NCBI GenBank assembly: GCA_944390275.1
Contig: CALXPL010000007.1
Location: forward strand, 29,595-93,594
Direction of reading: 5' to 3'
DNA: 64,000 bases
DNA from: an uncultured Alphaproteobacteria bacterium
GTDB taxonomy: Bacteria > Pseudomonadota > Alphaproteobacteria > RF32 > CAG-239
In this document: piece after piece, positions 60,601-64,000 of the stretch
Numbering within the stretch: position 1 is the first letter of the stretch
How the letters are laid out: each line of letters opens with the position of its first letter
Translations under genes and position numbers: made by a program
The notes under the pieces: model-generated
What the model was told of the DNA's origin: nothing
The model's input: the letters and a program-made list of their open reading frames with translations, nothing else
The model's database searches: none

Positions 60601-61136
60601 TAGCGTTGTATCAGCATATGCTTGAAGAAGAAATCATGCGCATAAAGTCAGGAGAAGTAGAAACAAGCGAAGATACGGGAGTTCAAGAATGGTCTCCGCA
60701 AATCAGTACGGGAATACCGATTATGATACCGGAAGATTATGTTCGCGATTTAGGAGTAAGGCTAGGATTATACAAGCGTATCGGCGATATAAAAGACAAA
60801 GAGTCGTTGTTAGACATGAGAGAAGAGTTGATAGATCGTTTTGGTAAGATACCGGAAGCGGTAGAAAATTTGTTGAAGACGGTAGAAATCAAACAACTTT
60901 GTTATAAGGCAAATATAGAAAAAATAGATGCAGGCAGCAAAGGAGCGTTAATCGGGTTTCATAACAACAAGTTTAGCAATCCCGAGGCATTGCTGGATTA
61001 TATAGCAAGGCAAGGAGGAAGTATAAAAATACGACCGGATCAAAAAATATTGGTGGAGCGCAATATGGAGAATTATGGAACGCGAATAGAAACGGTAAAG
61101 AAAGTGGTTGAAAAATTAGTTTCAATGGTGGGGTAA
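57624..61136 (+). CDS. mfd: Transcription-repair coupling factor
   Basis: VVHIEHGIGKF, CGDVGFGKTEVA, IDEEQRFGV, GLAQLYQLRGRIGRS, TRCF C-terminus. Confidence 0.99.
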   Translation: MNRELAQRENYTISSVADGSEAFLLKQIAEELRQSKQNNNSQDILYIASDGISLEKTAEVLSRLAPEIQILKFPAWDTVPYDRVSPNVNIIAERIAALAELSENPQSKEPRIVISSVGAVLQKLPPKKIFLNAVREIKVGGKLDFNNFQHYAVINGYNRVEQVYEPGEYAIRGDIIDIYPVGTKEPLRIDLFDDEVEKIRTFDVMSQRTTGELSSYCFQVMNEVVIDNNTIKNFRTKYRETFGADCQKDELYEAISSGQKYMGMEQWLPLFYEDELPDIFAYMPQAKIIVGKNVSDAAQAKADSIFDYYQARMEALKIKSDTEVDTYRPLNPDRLYINNQEFAEKLKQKGAIYFSGLSTPSGADTLNVGIVPGRDFAHAKNINASEVYSELKAYLHENQKLKRIIGCYSEGSRERLFSLMSEHDINDITFAESWKEAEEKARHKKVVMMLLNITHGFRSLNEKQGGLCLISEQDILGERQQHRSKKVSSKDFIADIGSLNIGELVVHIEHGIGKFLGLENIMAGGAPHDCLKILYANDSKLFVPVENIDVLSRYGKEDENIALDTLGGAAWQAKKARVKEKIREIAYQLIKIAAERQLKKAENFVPPEGLYDEFCSKFPYTETEDQLHAISDVLADLNAGIPMDRLVCGDVGFGKTEVALRAAFSVAASGAQVALIVPTTLLARQHYYNFKQRLEGFPINVKMLSRFVTPKESKEVKAGLENGSVDIVIGTHALLAKDLKFSNLGLLIIDEEQRFGVAHKEKLKALKSSVHVLTLTATPIPRTLQLSLTGVKQLSVIATPPVDRLAARTFVMPFDKVMIKEAIYREKFRNGQTFFVCPRVSDIFGVEKELRELVPDIKILVAHGQMPTSKLEDVMNDFADGKGDLLLSTTIIESGIDMPTVNTMIVYRADMFGLAQLYQLRGRIGRSKVRGYCYFTVPKQKHLNPVAERRLSILQALDTLGAGFSLASHDMDIRGSGNVLGEEQSGHIKDVGIALYQHMLEEEIMRIKSGEVETSEDTGVQEWSPQISTGIPIMIPEDYVRDLGVRLGLYKRIGDIKDKESLLDMREELIDRFGKIPEAVENLLKTVEIKQLCYKANIEKIDAGSKGALIGFHNNKFSNPEALLDYIARQGGSIKIRPDQKILVERNMENYGTRIETVKKVVEKLVSMVG

Positions 61137-61137
61137 T

Positions 61138-61830
61138 ATGGCAGAAGAAATAATATCGTGCAAACTTCCGTTTTTTAATTTGATAGCGAATTTGCTTTAT
61201 AACAATAACTTGCATGAAGAAGCGATTGCGATAAAGAATGTCTGGAAAAAGGGAAGCAATTTATATTTTAATGTATATTTTTACAATTCGCATCAAAGTC
61301 GAATATTGGATAGCAGTTATTTTCATGATATTTATGATTTGGATACAGACAGATATTATAAGGATATGGAAGTATTTTATTTAGATTTTATCAGTATTCA
61401 AAAATTACATAAAGAACAATCGATGCAAGAAAGCAAAGCGGAGCGGATAGAAAACAGTTATAATTATTTGGAAAGCCTGCGTTCAGAAATTACAATATTA
61501 GCATTTTTTGCGCGATTAACCAAAAGATTTCAGAGTATAAAGAACAATGTCATATCGGATTATATAAAAAGGCGTCAACCCAAGTATGTAACAATGAGTG
61601 AGCAATATGTTGATGCTTATGTTAAATCAATACTTCCGAGCAAGGATTTATTTTATGAAGCATTACATAATTTAAAATACAAGAGTGCGAAAGAGATAGA
61701 AGATTTAGTTTACGAGGCAGTTAAAATAAGTGTAAGTGATGGAACAATACATTATGATGAAAAAATCTACTTGGCAGAATTATTGCAAAGATTACGAGAT
61801 GAAGGAATTGAGCCGAGTATAGAATTTTAA
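61138..61830 (+). CDS. Hypothetical protein with TerB-like C-terminal domain
   Basis: C-terminal ISVSDGTIHYDEKIYLAEL; N-terminus weakly WYL-like; starts 1 nt after the mfd stop. Confidence 0.55.
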   Translation: MAEEIISCKLPFFNLIANLLYNNNLHEEAIAIKNVWKKGSNLYFNVYFYNSHQSRILDSSYFHDIYDLDTDRYYKDMEVFYLDFISIQKLHKEQSMQESKAERIENSYNYLESLRSEITILAFFARLTKRFQSIKNNVISDYIKRRQPKYVTMSEQYVDAYVKSILPSKDLFYEALHNLKYKSAKEIEDLVYEAVKISVSDGTIHYDEKIYLAELLQRLRDEGIEPSIEF

Positions 61831-61835
61831 GAATC

Positions 61836-61863
61836 AAAAAAGCCCGAAAAGATTTCGGGCTTT
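61836..61863. terminator. Bidirectional terminator
   Basis: AAAAAAGCCCGAAA-aga-TTTCGGGCTTT. Confidence 0.8.
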
Positions 61864-61882
61864 GAGAATAAATCAAACATTA

Positions 61883-62341
61883 TTACATGGATGGGGAATT
61901 ATTTGAGAAAGGCATATAAGTACCGACGCCCCCGAAATAGCGTTCAAAAAACCCTGGGGTATTACCAAGAGTTTGAGTTTCATCGGTACTAACGGCGACA
62001 GTTTTACCGTTTTCACGATTTAAGCGTTGAATTTCCTCAACTTTATTTTCTTCATTAAAACGAATGATAAGAATATCACGTTGAATTTCTTCAGGTTTAA
62101 AGAAAGCAATACGTTTTACTTCGGCAGACATATAAATCCACACATTACGGTCTAAGGAGACGACGTTAGAAGGAGCCCCGAGGTTAGAAAAGACATCTTC
62201 TTTCGATTGACCGAGCTGAACTTTATCGATTCTTTCATTAGAAGGCATATTTCCGTTGTAAGAAGTAAACCAATCTTTTGCGCATGAAGTTGTTGAAAGA
62301 ACGAGAATAAAAGCGAGTAAGCATACTTTCTTTATTGACAT
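61883..62341 (-). CDS. bamE: Outer membrane protein assembly factor BamE
   Basis: Lipoprotein signal, GNMPS, LGQSKEDV..LGAPS, WIYMS, ILIIRFNEENKV. Confidence 0.9.
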   Translation of the reverse strand: MSIKKVCLLAFILVLSTTSCAKDWFTSYNGNMPSNERIDKVQLGQSKEDVFSNLGAPSNVVSLDRNVWIYMSAEVKRIAFFKPEEIQRDILIIRFNEENKVEEIQRLNRENGKTVAVSTDETQTLGNTPGFFERYFGGVGTYMPFSNNSPSM

Positions 62342-62399
62342 AATGACAGTAACCTCTTAATTAATAAACAAAAAAGACTATAACATAAGGAAAAAATTA

Positions 62400-62918
62400 A
62401 TGCAAAATTTTTTTTCATATCGCCTGCAAGTAGATAGATTACCTCAGCAAGAGCAACATTATCGGTTAAGAGCGGATAAGGAAGATTGTGCAAAGATACG
62501 AGAAATATTAAAAGTACCGGCGGTAAAATCTTTTTCATCGGATATAAACTTAAAGTTCAACCAAAAGGAACATAGAATAAGGTTATGGGGAAGGGTAGAA
62601 GCCGAGTTAGAATTGGAGAGCGTCATCAGTTTAGAGCTTTTTGATAAGAAGTATGAGACAGATTTTGAGTTAGAGTATGATACGGAAGCAACGTTAAAGA
62701 GTCAGCGTCAAGAGGAAGAAGAGTTAAGTATAGAGGATAATATACCGGACGTTGTTATAAATGGAACGATAGATTTAGCGGATATTTCGATAGAGCAAAT
62801 AGCGTTAATCATGGAAGATTACCCGCGAAAAGAAGGAGAGAGATTCGAGTTTCGCTCAGAATTTAAAGAGGAAGAAAATCGCAAAAATCCCTTTGAAGTA
62901 CTTAAAAAATTGAAATAA
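62400..62918 (+). CDS. YceD/DUF177 family protein
   Basis: ESVISLE, IDLADISIEQIAL...YPRK, NPFEVLKKLK; upstream of rpmF-plsX. Confidence 0.88.
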   Translation: MQNFFSYRLQVDRLPQQEQHYRLRADKEDCAKIREILKVPAVKSFSSDINLKFNQKEHRIRLWGRVEAELELESVISLELFDKKYETDFELEYDTEATLKSQRQEEEELSIEDNIPDVVINGTIDLADISIEQIALIMEDYPRKEGERFEFRSEFKEEENRKNPFEVLKKLK

Positions 62919-63067
62919 ATGAAAATAAAACTTGCAAAAAAAGAAAATATTGGATAAAAAGACAGCTAGCAAATAAAAGCAACGTCATTTTAAGGGTTGA
63001 TTTTTAAAATCAAATCCGTTAATAATGTCGGAAGAAAAGTAATATTAATAACCAAGAGTATAAGAAA

Positions 63068-63256
63068 ATGGCTACACCAAAGAAGAAAGTATCAAAGTCT
63101 CGTCGCGACATGCGCCGCTCCCATCAAGCATTAGAGAGCAATTCTTATATGGAATGCCCAAATTGCGGAGAGTTGAAGAGACCACATCATGTATGCCCGA
63201 AATGCGGACAATATGATAAGCGTGAAGTTGTTGCACAAAAGACAACCAACGAATAA
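63068..63256 (+). CDS. rpmF: 50S ribosomal protein L32
   Basis: [24 protein letters not shown]...HHVCPKCG. Confidence 0.98.
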   Translation: MATPKKKVSKSRRDMRRSHQALESNSYMECPNCGELKRPHHVCPKCGQYDKREVVAQKTTNE

Positions 63257-63283
63257 TAAAAACACAAAATAATGGAGCAGGTT

Positions 63284-64000
63284 TTGTCAAATAATCTGGT
63301 AATATCCATAGACGCGATGGGGGGAGATAATTCCCCTCGAGTCGTTATAGAAGGGCTTGCAATAGCCGCACAAAAGAATGCCGATGCAAGATTTCTGTTA
63401 TACGGAGATGAGCAACAAGTTAAGGCGTTACTGAAAAATTATCCCACCTTGTCGAAAGTATGCGAAGTAAGGCACGCAAGCGAAGTTGTTCATAATGAAG
63501 ATAAGCCCTCGGCAGTTATTCGCAATCGCAATACCAGTATGTTCATGGCCATAAATGCGGTTAAACAGGGGGAAGCTCAAGCAGTAGTTTCCGCCGGAAA
63601 TACCGGAGCATTAATGGCAATATCAAAATTAACGCTCAAGACCATACAAAAAATACATCGTCCTGCGATAGTAACGATAATGCCGCATCGCACAGGTAAA
63701 TATGTAATGTTGGATTTAGGAGCGAATACGGAATGTAATTCACTAAATTTGTCAGAATTTGCCTTAATGGGAAACATATTTGCAAAACATGCTTTAGGCA
63801 TTTCTCGTCCTCGCGTAGCTCTTTTAAATATCGGAGCCGAGGAAATGAAGGGCAAAGAAGAGATACATGAAGCCGCCAAGATAATTCGCAAAGCAAAATT
63901 AGATATAGATTTTATCGGATATATAGAACCGCATGAGATTCCGGAAGGAAAAGCCGATGTAATTGTAACAGACGGTTTTACGGGAAATATAGCCTTGAAG
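63284..64000 (+). CDS. plsX: Phosphate acyltransferase PlsX (truncated by window edge; not in ORF track)
   Basis: Manual translation: SNNLVISIDAMGGDNSP, VSAGNTGALM, LDLGANTEC, LLNIGAEEMKG, VIVTDGFTGNIALK. TTG start at 63284 follows GGAG. Confidence 0.96.
   Translation, partial: MSNNLVISIDAMGGDNSPRVVIEGLAIAAQKNADARFLLYGDEQQVKALLKNYPTLSKVCEVRHASEVVHNEDKPSAVIRNRNTSMFMAINAVKQGEAQAVVSAGNTGALMAISKLTLKTIQKIHRPAIVTIMPHRTGKYVMLDLGANTECNSLNLSEFALMGNIFAKHALGISRPRVALLNIGAEEMKGKEEIHEAAKIIRKAKLDIDFIGYIEPHEIPEGKADVIVTDGFTGNIALK

Noticed and set aside
44915-61863. REP-like family from similar GCCCGAAA...TTCGGGC hairpins at 44915 and 61842
   Set aside because: Only two copies, both at gene ends; explained as terminators with common loop sequences.
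516-63896. Numerous 60-200 aa antisense or overlapping ORFs in the track
   Set aside because: They lie opposite or within well-supported genes, lack RBS and motifs, and are expected shadows of coding sequence.
1-64000. tRNA, rRNA, CRISPR arrays, IS elements
   Set aside because: No T-loop/anticodon signatures, regularly spaced repeats, or transposase motifs seen by eye; a tRNAscan-SE/Infernal run would be needed to exclude ncRNAs.

Overview
64 kb of AT-rich bacterial chromosome. The gene order (rne/amiC/mrcA/prfB, uvrA/ssb/gyrA, recG/mfd, bamE/yceD/rpmF/plsX) indicates an alphaproteobacterium. An uncultured gut Rhodospirillales/RF32-type lineage is my inference, not established from the sequence. 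The backbone is housekeeping and envelope genes. Accessory content: two tandem Cys-rich secreted proteins, an MBOAT/AlgJ-type O-acetylation pair, a nucleotide-sugar and glycosyltransferase cluster with glf and a WbbM-like DUF4422+GT8 enzyme, a Chlamydia-type aaxB-aaxC arginine decarboxylase/antiporter pair, an RND pump, a protease/inactive-transglutaminase-7TM/ATP-grasp ligase triad, and a MIF-family tautomerase. The most unusual structure is six stand-alone genes, mostly ORFans, each with a related sigma70-type promoter and an AT-rich leader lacking a Shine-Dalgarno site, and each closed by a terminator; several sit at housekeeping-gene junctions. Two of them share a 74-bp promoter/leader repeat at about 88% identity. 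I saw no rRNA, tRNA, CRISPR array, integrase, transposase or reverse transcriptase. All family assignments come from motif recognition by eye; no database searches were run.
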